Notes: a model not told the origin generated them from the sequence alone. DNA of 64,000 bases from Eledone cirrhosa (GCA_964016885.1 OZ024755.1:28272001-28336000); one strand, 5' to 3'; shown: positions 12,595 through 26,827, counted from the stretch's first letter. Translations and numbers: made by a program.

Positions 12595-13030
12595 TGATGT
12601 TGATGAAGGGGGTTGATGGCCTGATGATGAGAACGACGATGATGATGTTGATGATGAGGTGGTGGTGGTGGTGGTGGGGGGGGGGCATGGCCTGACGACG
12701 ACGACGACGACGACGATAAGGATTACTATGGCCACATTGATGATGATGATGATGATGATGAAGGGGATGATGGCCTGATGATGAGAACGATGATGATGAT
12801 GATGAAGAGGAGGAGGTGGGGGAGGGGGCGCATGGCCTGACGTTGACGACGACGACGACGATGATAAGGATTACTATGGCCATGATGATGATGAAGATGA
12901 TGATGATGATGATGAGGATTATGATGATGATGACTTGAATAAGACGATGACAACGATGACGATATGGATGATGATGATTATGTTGATGATGATGATGATG
13001 ATGATTATGTTGACGATGATGATGATGATA
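12595..13030. repeat. Imperfect (GAT)n/(GAC)n repeat with internal duplication
   Basis: Direct read. Confidence 0.9.
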
Positions 13031-13042
13031 TATATATATATA

Positions 13043-13073
<31 letters not shown>

Positions 13074-13118
13074 GTGTGTATATATATATACACACATATA
13101 TATATATATATACATATT

Positions 13119-13224
<106 letters not shown>

Positions 13225-13228
13225 TGTA

Positions 13229-13260
<32 letters not shown>

Positions 13261-13305
13261 AATATGTATATATATATATATATATGTGTGTATATATATA
13301 TACAC

Positions 13306-13410
<105 letters not shown>

Positions 13411-13504
13411 TATACAATTGTTTCCCGGGGAAACAATTGTAACATACAATAAATTGAGTTCAGATGCATCACTGATTTTTCGTTTTCTATTCTTTCTCTC
13501 TCTC

Positions 13505-13589
<85 letters not shown>

Positions 13590-13689
13590 ATCAAAAGTAT
13601 ATATTGAGTTAGAAACTAAGAATACATTTAAAACAGCTCTAGTCCCTTATGATTTGAATATATATACGTATATATCTGTGTTTATCTCT

Positions 13690-14182
<493 letters not shown>

Positions 14183-14223
14183 AATATATAATAACTTGTG
14201 TGTTACACCTCTATTCTTTTAAC

Positions 14224-14266
<43 letters not shown>

Positions 14267-14318
14267 GAGCTGGTAGAGGTGTGTATAGAGATACGTAAAA
14301 TCCCGAAACCACTTGGCG

Positions 14319-14809
14319 ACGCATTCATTCATATATACATACAAATATACATACGCACGCCCACACACATATATATGTGTGTGGGCGTGCGTATGTATAT
14401 TTGTATGTATATACATACGCACGCCCTCACACATATATATGTGTGTGGGCGTGTGTATGTATATTTGTATGTATATACATACGCACGCCCACACACATAT
14501 ATATGTGTGTGGGCGTGTGTATGTATATTTGTATGTATATACATACGCACGCCCACACACATATATATGTGTGTGGGCGTGTGTATGTATATTTGTATGT
14601 ATATACATACGCACGCCCACACACATATATGTGTGTGGGCGTGCGTATGTATATTTGTATGTATATGCATACGCACGCCCACACACATATATATGTGCGT
14701 GGGCGTGTGTATGTATATTTGTATGTATATGCATACGCACGCCCACACACATATATATGTGTGTGGGCGTGCGTATGTATATTTGTATGTATATACGAAT
14801 GAATGCGTA
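14319..14809. repeat. Tandem array of ~62-bp self-palindromic units
   Basis: ATACATACGCACGCCCACACACATATATATGTGTGTGGGCGTGCGTATGTAT repeated ~7 times; outer flanks also inverted. Confidence 0.9.
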
Positions 14810-15410
14810 TAATATGGAGGAATATTAATGGCGACTGTATGACACACAAACAGAAAAATAGTGAAAAAATAGTGTTATTTGTGTAAAATTGTCACAATGT
14901 TGTTTCTCACAAGTGTTTCTATAGAAGACACCATCCACGTGTGCTATGGACATCCTTTGCTTTTACAATATCCACGGCGCAAGTAGATGGTCACTCCTAC
15001 ATAATTCTTCTTTCCTCCTCTTGGTGTCGCTTCTTTCCTCCTGGTGTCGCCTGCATTAAATTGTTTTCTCATTCCTTGAAACTTGTTAGATTTTGAGAGT
15101 GGTAAATATCCGTGGCCTTTCACATAATTCATTCAATGTCTTTCAGTATTCAATCAATAATTTTGTTTTTACTAAAAAATGGTTTAGTAATTATTCCAGT
15201 GAATTACTGGTACTTTATTTTACCGATCCCGTAAAGATGAAAGGCAAAGTCAACAATGGCGGCATTTGAATAGAAATAAAATGGCAATTGTAATACTTTG
15301 CATGTTAGAGAACCTAGTCATCTCTGCACTGCTTAGGAAAAACACGCTGTTTGTCTCGGCTAAAGCATGTTTATATGGGTTACTCGATCAAGCAAATTAT
15401 TATTATTTAG

Positions 15411-15640
15411 TGTCATGATAAAATACACTCAGTCCACTCTATAAAATGGTAGTACTGGTGACATGATAAAATACACTCAGACCACTCTATAAAATTGTAG
15501 TACTGGTGACATGATAAAATACACCCAGTCCACTGTGTAAAATTGTAATGCTAGTTCCACGATAAAATACACCCAGTCCACAGTATAAAGTGGTAGTACT
15601 AGTGACATGATAAAATACACCCAGTCCACCCTGTAAAGTG
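15411..15640 (+). repeat. ~48-bp tandem repeat, ~5 copies, abutting a SINE
   Basis: ATGATAAAATACACYCAGTCCAC.. repeated. Confidence 0.85.
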
Positions 15641-15870
15641 GGTGGATTGGCAGTATCGGTAGAGGGTCGGACGCCATGCTTTGCAGCAAAGAGTTACGTC
15701 CCTTTATGGTCTGCGTTCAAATCCCGCCGAGGTTAACTTTGCCTTTCATCCTTACGGGGTCGATAAAATAAAGTACCAGTCACGCACTGGGGTCAATTTC
15801 ATCGACTCCCCTCCCCCCCAAAAAAAAATTGCTGGCCTTGTGCCTATATAAGAAACCATTATTATTATTA
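15640..15870 (+). mobile_element. tRNA-derived SINE family 1
   Basis: A-box-like TGGCAGTATCGG, B-box-like GTTCAAATCC, body CCTTTCATCCTTACGGGGTCGATAAAATAAAGTACCAG, (ATT)n tail. Confidence 0.85.
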
Positions 15871-16752
15871 TTAGTAGTAGTAGCAACAACAAGAGCATCA
15901 ACAATAACAACTCAAAAAAGCGACAACAAAAATAATTGTTTCTACATTTGGCACTAGGCCAGCAATTTTTTACCCCAGTACATTACTGGTAATTTATTTT
16001 ATCGAACACGTAAGAAGGAAAGGCAAATTTAACCTCGGTGGGATTTGAACTCAGAACATAAAGGGTCTATGATTAGTAATATCGGGAGACGACCCTGAAA
16101 AGTTGGTTCCCTTCTTCAAACTGATTCAGCTCTGATCAAGCAGGCCTATGAGCAAATGCATTTACACATAATGTCCACCAACCATTTCCCCTTCCCCGAT
16201 ATATACGGGATCTATGTATATTTTTCAAAGATGAAATTACGAGACATTTGTCACATATTTCTTGCAGGCTGAGCAACGACCAAACATTTCCCTCTTTAGC
16301 TCGTTTGAAAATTTGCAATGTTAATAAATTTTGCATCGAGATAAAATTCATTAATAGAAACTTGGAAATGTCTGTTAACCCATGCGTGCCTCTTATGATA
16401 AATGTATGGCAGTACATTTGAGTGTGTCTTAATGTGTATGTGTGTGAGTTTTTGTGTGTATTTGTGTCTGTATGTCTTATCGATTGCTTCAAGATTTGCG
16501 ACAAAACTGCTATTTAGGTTGACATTCCAGATATCATCTTCATTCCAAAAACTTTACTCTATATCTATATCTATTATTTTCTATGGTGTATACTTAAGAG
16601 TTTCAGAGACAGGAACTTTTCATTTTTGCCATGTTGTCTATTCATATATGTACTCGTTAAAAACCGAAACTTTGGAACACACACCCTCTTTGTTATATAT
16701 ATATATATATTTGTACATATTTTGTTGCCCTTCCTGTTCAGTATAACCATGT

Positions 16753-16803
16753 CCATTACGAGCTGAGGATCCGCTAAGGTGAAACAATTGTTTCTCGGTA
16801 TGG
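16753..16803 (+). ncRNA. Hammerhead family D, second (mutated) copy
   Basis: CGAG CTGAGGA TCC GCTAA GGT GAAAC AATT GTT T CTCG. Confidence 0.65.
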
Positions 16804-16892
16804 TGAACTAACTGTTGTGTAACCACTTCTACCTAACTCATCCCATGGACTGAGTCCTCTACCACTACGGATATTACCTTCCAGTGTTCTAC

Positions 16893-16999
<107 letters not shown>

Positions 17000-17354
17000 G
17001 GAGGTGAGTTTTATTGTAGTACAATAAAGCAATGCAGATATCGGATAAGAAGCACTCTACAGTTTGTAGGACTGGAGTATACATAATATAAGTGGTTTTA
17101 GATTTTACTTCCAACGGTTTTCAACCTCTCTATGTAAAACAATATATCTTCTCTCAGTTATAAAAACTATCTCTTTCTCTCTATCACCCATCTCTCCCTC
17201 TCATCTCCTCCCCTTTTTCATCCTTTCCACCCCCCCCCTCTCTAAATAAAATATTTTTCCCAATATCACACATCAATCTAAAACCACTTTTCATATGTTG
17301 ATTTAAAACTGCACTATCCACAAGTGTTTTTTAGCCTTCATATCATGTTCTCCT

Positions 17355-17423
17355 GTTTTATCTGATGAAAACGCAAATAATATTGCATGATGATGTTTGT
17401 TTTTGAAATGCGCATAATAAAAT
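17355..17423 (+). ncRNA. Hammerhead family C
   Basis: Same fold as 9785-9853. Confidence 0.8.
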
Positions 17424-17454
17424 ACATGGAACTCCTTTAACCATCTTTTGATCT

Positions 17455-17491
<37 letters not shown>

Positions 17492-17542
17492 TATATCACA
17501 GAAAAAAAGAGAATCAGTGTTGCGATGAATAAATTTTACTGG

Positions 17543-17636
17543 ACATATTACAATCGTTTCTCTGGCGACCAGCTCGAGGCACGATCGATGTGATGATCGA
17601 ACCTGACTCTGAAAATCGCAAGGTCCTCAGATACGT
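17543..17636 (-). ncRNA. Hammerhead family F with 63-nt stem II region, inside fold-back 17498-17763
   Basis: Minus strand: ACGTAT CTGAGGA [63 nt, GCGATT/GGTCGC] GAAAC GATT GTA^ ATATGT. Confidence 0.6.
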
Positions 17637-17934
17637 CTTGATTCGAGACGCATCTGAGGTTCGATCATCACATCGATCGTGCCTCGAGCTGGTCGCCAGA
17701 GAAACGATTTTAATATGTCTAGTAAAATCCATTCGTCGCAACACTGATTCTCTTTTTTTCTGTAATACCATACTCTGCTCTATGAGAACACCGAGTGCTC
17801 ATACGGCCTACCGTATACGGACGCTTTAAGCATCCAACACCAATTATATATATATAGAGGGTGTGATAAGATACCAGGTAGACTAAAATGCACCAGAGTA
17901 CTCGATACTTGGGGTAGTAGAGTTGGTAATATAA

Positions 17935-18140
17935 AGGCCTGTGGCTGATTGGTTAGAGAACTGGATTCCCAATCGTGAGGTTGTGAGTTCGATTCTCGGA
18001 CCGGGTGATGCGTTATGTCCTTGAGCAGGACATTTTATTTCACATTGCTCCTTCTACCTGCGACCGATAGACAGTATTAGCAATTGGAAAAACCAACGGA
18101 AACATTGTTACCTCGGTCCGATTTGACGAAAGTCGATCGA
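17935..18140 (+). mobile_element. tRNA-derived SINE family 2 (CORE-like body)
   Basis: GTGGCTGATTGGTTAGAG..GAGTTCGATTC..TCCTTGAGCAGGAC. Confidence 0.8.
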
Positions 18141-18484
18141 CTAAAAAAAAAAAAAAAATGAAAAGATTCAGGACCCCGACGATGGCTCCGCCCATTTCAA
18201 TAGCTAGATCCGAATACACACACACATATATATATATATATATATGTGTGTGTGTATCTGTGTGTGTGTGTGTGCTTGTTGTGTTGATATGGGTGGGCTC
18301 GTGCTAAACGTTAAATTCTATGTCGTAAACAATGCAAAATATGTACAAATAGACATTAATCAGGATCTGTGATGTCAGGTATATATTAGGCAACCTCACG
18401 TATAAGTGTCGAGGTTTAAATTTACGTCGCTTTATTTCCCATATCAGCAATATGTCTCTATTTACTACACATTTAGTTCTTTAG

Positions 18485-18750
18485 TCAGCTCAAAAGTGAC
18501 ACAGAGGAGACTGAAGTTAGCTGGACATGCTCACCGACATTCAGAGTTGACATTGCACTCAGTGCTCCTGTGGGAGTCCCTACATGGACACACTGGAAGA
18601 GGAAGAACAAGGTTAACGTATGTTGATGCCCTAAGGACAGACACTGGTTTGTTGGAGACGCAGGACATGGCAGCGATAATGAGGGACAGAGACCGCTGGA
18701 GAGAACTCGTCCATGGATCTCGGGAATTTACCGAGATAGATAGATAGATA
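18485..18750 (+). mobile_element. RTE LINE 3' end with (GATA)n tail
   Basis: RRLKLAGHAHRH..VLLWE..RGRTRLTYVDAL..DRDRWR; second copy 41840-42027 on minus. Confidence 0.8.
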
Positions 18751-18755
18751 GTGAC

Positions 18756-18965
18756 GGCGTGTGGCTGAGTGGTTAGAGAATTGGATTCGCAATCGTGAGG
18801 TTGTGAGTTCGATTCCTGGACCAGGTGATGCGTTATGTCCTTGAGCAAGACACATTATTTCACGTTGCTCCTTCTACCTGGAGTTGCGACCGATAGATAG
18901 TATTAGCAATTGGAAAGACCAATGGAAACATTATTTCCTCGGTCCGATTTGGCGAAAGTCGATCG
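18756..18965 (+). mobile_element. tRNA-derived SINE family 2
   Basis: GGCGTGTGGCTGAGTGGTTAGAG..GAGTTCGATTCC..TTGAGCAAGACAC. Confidence 0.85.
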
Positions 18966-19006
18966 TTCCTTTAGTTCTTAATTCGACGCTAATCATTATT
19001 TCCTTT

Positions 19007-19210
19007 TGGCGGATAGATTGGCTATATCGACAGAGAGTCGGGCGCCATGCTTTCCATGCTTTCCAGCATAATTACATTCCTTTACGGTCTGAGTTCAAAT
19101 CCCGCCGAGGTTAACTTTCCCTTTCATCCTTACGGGGTCGATAAAAATAAAGTACCAGTAATGTACTGGGCAATTGCTGGCCTTGTGCCAAAAAAGTAGA
19201 AACAATTATT
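19007..19210 (+). mobile_element. SINE family 1
   Basis: Matches the family consensus. Confidence 0.8.
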
Positions 19211-19339
19211 TCCTTTTGGCATGAGCTTGTGTTAGTGTGTTGAGTTCGCGTGTGTGTGTGTGTGTGTTAATTTTAGCAACTTGTTATTACAGGCTGTTGT
19301 TTGTCCCCTCTTTATCTCTCTGACCGTCTGTCTCTTCCT

Positions 19340-19436
<97 letters not shown>

Positions 19437-19814
19437 GTATGTGTGTATACATATATAATACCGAGTTAAAGTCACCGGATAGGACCGAAAAAAAAAAAAA
19501 AATGCGTGTTTGCATAACTGTGTGTCTGTGTGTTTGTGGAGGCGACAAAACTATTTCAAGTTAATATTGACCTTAAGTATATAGATTATTTCTGTATGGG
19601 TGTGGTGTTGTGACTGTAACCTCCAAGCTGTCTTTACCGTTCTCAACAAATGAAAGAGCATGTTGACACCTAACAAATGCTGGTTCATATTCTTTCAATC
19701 TATTGAGAAAAAAAATGTGTCCCCAGATATCTACACTATTGGGAGATATGGCCCCCCGTGATATAACTCCGTTATATCTAAACACAACGTATAACAAATA
19801 ATTCTCGCTTGTTC

Positions 19815-20145
19815 CTATTACTGTTCCTATTACTGTTACTACTACTACTGCTGCTATTACTACTACTACTACTGCTGTTACTACTACTACTACTACTGCT
19901 GCTGCTGTTACTATTACTACTACTACTGCTGCTGTTACTACTACTATTACTACTACTACTGTTACTACTACTACTACTACTGCTGTTACTAATGTTACTA
20001 CTACTACTGCTACTGCTACTACTACTGCTGCTACTACTACTATTACTACTACTACTACTGCTGCTGTTACTACTACTACTACTGCTGGCTACTACTACTA
20101 TTATTACTACTACTACTACTGCTGCTGTTACTACTACTAATGTTG

Positions 20146-20186
<41 letters not shown>

Positions 20187-20232
20187 GCTGCTGTTACTAC
20201 TACTACTGTTACTACTACTACTACTGCTGCTG

Positions 20233-20299
<67 letters not shown>

Positions 20300-20321
20300 C
20301 ACTATTATGACTACTACTACT
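19815..20321. repeat. Long imperfect (CTA/CTG)n trinucleotide repeat
   Basis: Direct read. Confidence 0.95.
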
Positions 20322-21012
20322 GGTCCTACAGACCAGGCTAAGTTATTTCCTAGATTATTCTAATCTATTATATAGCATTGCTCATTTTATTTTTAAATGG
20401 TTTTTCTTTTCTCTTAAATAAGAATTTCAGTTATAATACAGTGAACCAGGATGCATTTTTAAAGGTTTATTGTTAGATAATGTATCTAAATTTAACCATT
20501 GCTTCGTCTCACATATTTCAGTCAAAGACTTGAATAAAAAACAAATATTCGAATATAAGTATTACAGTAACTTAAACCTTCCGTATCTAATCATTCTTTC
20601 AGTCCAAATAGCAATGTTTATATGTACTCATCGTCTAAAAATCTCGAAATTGCTGAAGATATTGACTTGGCGGTGGAGGCTTGTACTCCGATCGTCTTTA
20701 ATGGTGTGCAGATCTGTATTACCATTTTCCTGCTTTAAAGAAGTCAGCTACCGGACACTTTCTATTTTAAACTATTTCTCACTATCGATTTTTGCGTTGA
20801 CCTGCGAAGACCATATATTTTTACAAATTACTCTTGAAGGATTGACATTACTTTTATATCTAATGGCTTCCCATATTGTAGGGTGGTAGAATGGAAGTCA
20901 TCTTTAAAATTGGACACCTGGCATTACTGCTTGCAATAGAGCGATCTTCGCTAAAATCACCCAAGTACCAGGTGATGTAAAATCGGTCGATACTTTACAT
21001 AATCTGCAGCAA

Positions 21013-21195
21013 ATAATTGTTTCTACTTTTGGGACAAAGCCAGCAATTATCCAGTACATTACTGGTACTTTATTTTATCGATTCCGTAAGGATGAAAGGC
21101 AAAGGTAACCTCGACGGGATTTGACCTCGCACCTTAAATGGACGTAACTATGCTAGAAAGCATGGCGTCCAGCCCTCTGTCAATACTGCCAATTC
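21013..21195 (-). mobile_element. SINE family 1
   Basis: Reverse complement of the consensus. Confidence 0.8.
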
Positions 21196-22273
21196 ACCAC
21201 AGTTCACTGCAGCAAATAATGCATGTTTGTCCGACAAATTGTTTCTATACTAACACCCTAATTGTGGATAACGTGCGTTTCATGTTTATAGTGTGCAGCC
21301 AGCCTATAGAATCTATCCAAACTCATCTTGAAATGATTATTATGTATTGCTGAATAAAATTTCTAATGATGAACCCGAGATTGACATAATTTCGCTCACA
21401 ACCAAAGTGTTATTTCCTTACTCAGCTATGATTTCCTACCCTATTTATATATGTGTATTTCTTAAACATTGGCCTACATAACAGAAGGCGGGCGTTAATT
21501 GACTTTAAAAATTGTCAAATCAAAATTCCTGACCTACATCTCGGTTTAGCAACTGTTGAATAATTCATATTTGAAATTGTGTCATACATAAGGTATCTTC
21601 GAAATACAAGCTGAAAAAATAGTTTACATATTTGCAAGTGTTTACCTAATTGAGCGTTTTGAAAACTACCATACCCCCGTTAATCCTTTCATCCATATTG
21701 ATATAAGTCCAAGATTGATGCACATAAACCACTGATATTGAAATAACAATAAATATAGATCAACTGTCACACACTCGATTTCATAACTTTTGTTAGCGTA
21801 ACTAAAAGGCATATCTATTATTTTTATAAGCTAGAATAACAAATATCATTCAAATTAATAAATTCGCATTGTGCACTGAAAATGTGTAATAGAAAACCAT
21901 AACAAATCATTTGAAATAACATAACAATTAAAAAATAAAAATGTTAAATTGAGGGATCAAAATACAGAGCAATATTTAAAATTAGACTGAAATATGAGAT
22001 TGCTGAGGGCCAATTCTTAAACTAACATACAAAATTAGCTTATACTCGTAATTTACGACTTTCTGTCATAAGGCGTTTTATGTACTGGAATGCCATGTAC
22101 ATCGTAATTGGTGTACCATAGACACATTGACTAGAGGTCTTCGAATGGGACAGTCACTGCGTTAAAGCATACCAGACCGTCGGCGTATGTGACAGGAATT
22201 TAAAATGACTTGCTGATAATTATATATTTCATCGGTATATGAAATATATACCCATACATTATATACATACATA

Positions 22274-22884
22274 CATGGTGGCTGCCAACTCGTTTTCGAG
22301 TACGGCCACTACTTTATATCCATGTAGGAGAACCCCTACCGATGCGCTGAACGAGTGTGACTTTTTAGTCCAGCCAGCGACTTGAAAGCTCTGGTACAAA
22401 CACTACACTTGTGACAATTACTGACACATAGTGCAGGGCCCATGGTACCATGTGACGACAAATGCAGAGAGATCTCCAGATATAAAGCAATGCCTGTGCC
22501 GTGAAGCTTTTATAGTGAGCAAAGGCACTGCACAAAGCCAGTCCCACTCTCTTAACCAAGATGATATTTACCAAAAAGAAGAACAAGTCAACATCATTGG
22601 ATACCATCAGGGTTGCAGGTGTTATATCAGAGTTTTCCTTCTCCTAGAATTCTGCCTTGACAAAGGCTAAGGGGTCATCTCTCCCGGTGATTTTGGATGG
22701 CCATTGACTCTTAAGAGCTCCTTTGCCTTTTGACAGGTTTTGTTTTTAGTCCTGCAGGATGTCCAAAGTCACCCTCCTCACCAAGAAACCTTGGTGGGGT
22801 TGCCAGTTTAGTCGCCAACGACCCGACCATGGGACAGGTTGTACTGGAATACATGTTACCAGTAGCACCAACTGGTGACCTGAC
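22274..22884 (-). mobile_element. ~610-bp (TACA)n-flanked element, copy 2
   Basis: Near-identical to 4039-4649. Confidence 0.85.
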
Positions 22885-22885
22885 A

Positions 22886-22921
<36 letters not shown>

Positions 22922-22965
22922 CATACACACATATATATATCAGTAGTTTCGTAACAGTTAATACA

Positions 22966-23016
22966 CCATAACCGGGAACAATTTGTTTCACCTCTAACGG
23001 ATCGTCAGCTCGGTAT
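22966..23016 (-). ncRNA. Hammerhead family D-like, divergent
   Basis: Minus strand: CCGAG CTGACGA TCC GTTAGA GGT GAAAC AAATT GTT^ CCCGG. Confidence 0.55.
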
Positions 23017-23088
23017 AAATGAGATAAAACGGAAAAGGAAAACGTTGGCACAGACACGCACCCACTATTATTATTACTGGCAGGGGAA

Positions 23089-23483
23089 GGGCGGTGGATT
23101 GGCAGTATGGGTGGAAGGTCGGACGCCATGCTTTGACGCATTGAGTTACGGCCCTTGCCATTCTGAGTTCAAATCCCGCCGAAGTTAAATTTGCCTTTCA
23201 CGCTTACGGGGTCGATAAATAAAGTACCAGTAATGCACTGGGGTAATAACTAGCCTAGTGCCAAAAGTAGAAATAATTATTACTGGCAGAGGGCGGTGGA
23301 TTGGCAGTATCGGTAGAGGGTCGGACACCATGCTATGCAGCAAAGAGTTACGGTCCTTTATGGTCTGAGTTCAAACCCCGCCGAGGTTAGCTTTGCTTTC
23401 ATCCTTACGGGTCGATAAAATAAAGTACCAGTAATACACTGGGTAATTGCTGGCCTTGTGCCTAACGTAGAAACAATTATTAT
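23089..23483 (+). mobile_element. Two tandem SINE family 1 copies
   Basis: 23089-23281 and 23290-23483. Confidence 0.85.
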
Positions 23484-23764
23484 TTTCATAATAAAACCTT
23501 GATATATAGGATAGAGAATTCAGTCAATACAATACAGAGTATAATAGAATATGTTTATTTTTTGAAGAATCTATTAGGTGTGACGGAGTTTGAGTGTTCC
23601 TGACAGGGAAGCAGCAATGCATGGTCCAGGTGGGCGGTAGACATAGCTTAATGCAGCCATAGTCCGAATGGTGTGTAGTTAGTCCCATGCTGGCGATAGC
23701 TGTACTCTGGAGCCAGGGCGCCTGTTCGTTACTAAATCTGGAAGCGCTCGACATTTCCTGGAGC

Positions 23765-24252
23765 TTTATTCATTTAGGTTTGTTGCTTCACCACTGGATA
23801 GAACTGGTCATTCCGTATAGTCAACCTTGATGTAATATTAGTACACTATAAGCTTACGACCCTTCACCAGAAAGACTAAAGAAGACTTAGTAGTCCTCAC
23901 TTGAATGCGGCCGACCGGACTAGAAACTGCTAAATGTTTGGCCCCCTTCTTGTCTCTCTGCCTTTTCAGCCCATGGAATGAGTCTATTATATTCCTTTGT
24001 TAAATTTCGAATAACTGATGATGTCACCGGATTAACCCGACCATTGGAATGTTCATAGTATAATAAACCTTTAATGCATTACACCAGTCCAACCTCCTGC
24101 TATTTTATAATAATCAACTCCGTACTCGCACCACCAACAACACAAACGAAGACGGGTGAGTTGCATTACGTCGAGTGCTCTCCCTAATATTACATCAAGG
24201 TTGATTATACGGAATGACAAGTTCTATCCAGTGGTGAACAAGCAAACCTAAA

Positions 24253-24258
<6 letters not shown>
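23765..24258. mobile_element. Element with ~75-bp inverted ends next to (TA)n (probable PLE-type fragment)
   Basis: TATTCATTTAGGTTTG..CCACTGGATAGAAC.. is inverted at 24185-24258; related ends at 25248-25432. Confidence 0.55.
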
Positions 24259-24294
<36 letters not shown>

Positions 24295-24314
24295 TATATA
24301 TATATATATATATA

Positions 24315-24470
24315 TAAAGAAAAAGGGATGAAATCGAAAATGCAACTGAAGTCTTATTTTTTTAAAAAATATATATATTTATTTGGTTCCTTGGAGCCAA
24401 ATAAATATATATATTTTTTTAAAAAATGAGACTTCAGTTGCATTTTCGATTTCATCCCTTTTTCTTTATA
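24315..24470. repeat. Fold-back palindrome of a PLE-type terminal fragment (same family as 63045-63120)
   Basis: Centre GGTTCC TT GGAGCC at ~24391. Confidence 0.85.
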
Positions 24471-24525
24471 CTTCCACTCGTGTAGGACACCTCGGTTATT
24501 TTTCATTTTGTAAAAAAAACCTCGC

Positions 24526-24558
<33 letters not shown>

Positions 24559-24689
24559 CAAGAAACATGACCGACGAAAAGATATATATATATATTATAA
24601 TATTATATATATATATATACATATACAAGAAACATGTACGACGAAAAGGTATATATATATATATATCTTTTCGTCGTACATGTTTCTTG

Positions 24690-24789
<100 letters not shown>

Positions 24790-24793
24790 TATA

Positions 24794-25005
24794 TAACGAA
24801 GGAAATGTGGTAAGGAACCAGGTGGACCATAACTCACCAAAGTACTCAATACTTAGGGTAGTAGAGTGGGTAATAGGAACAAGTAAGACCCCGACGGCTG
24901 AGCTCAAGCCGTTTCGACGGCTAATTCTGTACTGGGTACAGAATTATTGAGTACAGAATTAGCCGTCGAAACGGCTTGAGCTCAGCCGTCGGGGTCTTAC
25001 TTGTT

Positions 25006-25010
<5 letters not shown>
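24794..25010. mobile_element. PLE 3' end (family of 406-2838) with fold-back, in (TA)n
   Basis: GACCCCGACGGCTGAGCTCAAGCCGTTTCGACGGCTAATTC and its reverse complement. Confidence 0.8.
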
Positions 25011-25044
<34 letters not shown>

Positions 25045-25296
25045 AAGCAGAAAATTGCTTTTTGTGATCCAGTTCGTGGTTAAGAAAGCCAGTTTCATGG
25101 ATGGTTTCAACGTACAGTCAGGGGTAACTCCACAAGTTTGTAAGATTTCCGTTCAATCTTGGAGTATAAAGTATAAAAGAGAAAACACAGGTAAGCATTA
25201 AGAGAAGGATTTTATCCAGGTATTTACGACCGTTTCATTGGTAAGTAATAGCTATTAACAGTATATGTCAACCAGTGGTGAACCAACAAACCTAAA

Positions 25297-25373
<77 letters not shown>

Positions 25374-25615
25374 ATATATTCATTTATGTTTGTTGGTTCA
25401 CCACTAGATGACCTCTACTGTTAATAGCTATTCCACCATTTTTTATGTATGTAAACGTCTTCTAAATTATCTGTATATCTATTTCAGAATCTCCATTATT
25501 TATCTCTTTCACTATACATTTATGGGATAGACACGAATTTACACCTGATTATGTATGTACATGTAAATATAGCTATCATCCTGTCTACTGCTTATCAAAA
25601 TACACACACACACAC

Positions 25616-25671
<56 letters not shown>

Positions 25672-25690
25672 ATATATATATATATATCTA

Positions 25691-25870
<180 letters not shown>

Positions 25871-25881
25871 TAATATATATG

Positions 25882-25920
<39 letters not shown>

Positions 25921-26069
25921 CTGTATATATATATGTATGTATATATATATATATATGTATTTACATACATATACACATATATATATACAGATATATATAT
26001 ATATACATATATATATATACACACATACATGTATATATATATACACACACACATACATACATATATATA

Positions 26070-26101
<32 letters not shown>

Positions 26102-26104
26102 CAG

Positions 26105-26182
<78 letters not shown>

Positions 26183-26581
26183 TTTTACATACAAACATAC
26201 TTATATACATACATACACAGGCATATTTTATGCACTATGCTAGATTCTCCGTAGGCAGCAGCCATTAACTATACACATACACTTTGATATTTGTCATGAC
26301 AATTTATTTTTTATAAATATGTATGTATCTTTTTTCGTCGTAAATCTACGTCATCGTTAGCGATACCCTACACAGATATTCAGAGTAAAAAATACTATCC
26401 GGGAGATGATATTACAAAATCAATGTAAACGTATATAAAACAAGCAATGTTTTATCAGCGTTTTTAATATTGGAAAGAATTCTATCAGGACACACGTGTT
26501 TACTCCACCAACATAATTGTAGACCGACCAACCATTCTGCTATAAAATGTATTTCAGAAGATCAGAAATGACATCAGAAAT

Positions 26582-26637
<56 letters not shown>

Positions 26638-26689
26638 TAATAAAATAATGAATAAACAAAGAAGCAGTTCCTTATATTAAAAAGAATTC

Positions 26690-26827
26690 ATCATTTTACG
26701 ATCGTTTCTAGGATATATATGTGTTAGAGTTGGTATGCATATTCTATAGATCTATGTACAATATTTATACAAACTATCAGAGGGAATATACATACCTACA
26801 CATATATATGCTGTCTTCAGAAATAAT
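26690..26827 (-). ncRNA. Hammerhead family G with ~105-nt stem II
   Basis: Minus strand: ATTATTT CTGAAGA [ATATATATGTGT/ACACATATATAT, GGTATG/CATACC ...] GAAAC GATC GTA^ AAATGAT. Confidence 0.65.

Noticed and set aside
18756-18830. tRNA genes
   Set aside because: A/B boxes run into SINE bodies in many copies and no complete cloverleaf with an acceptor stem is evident.
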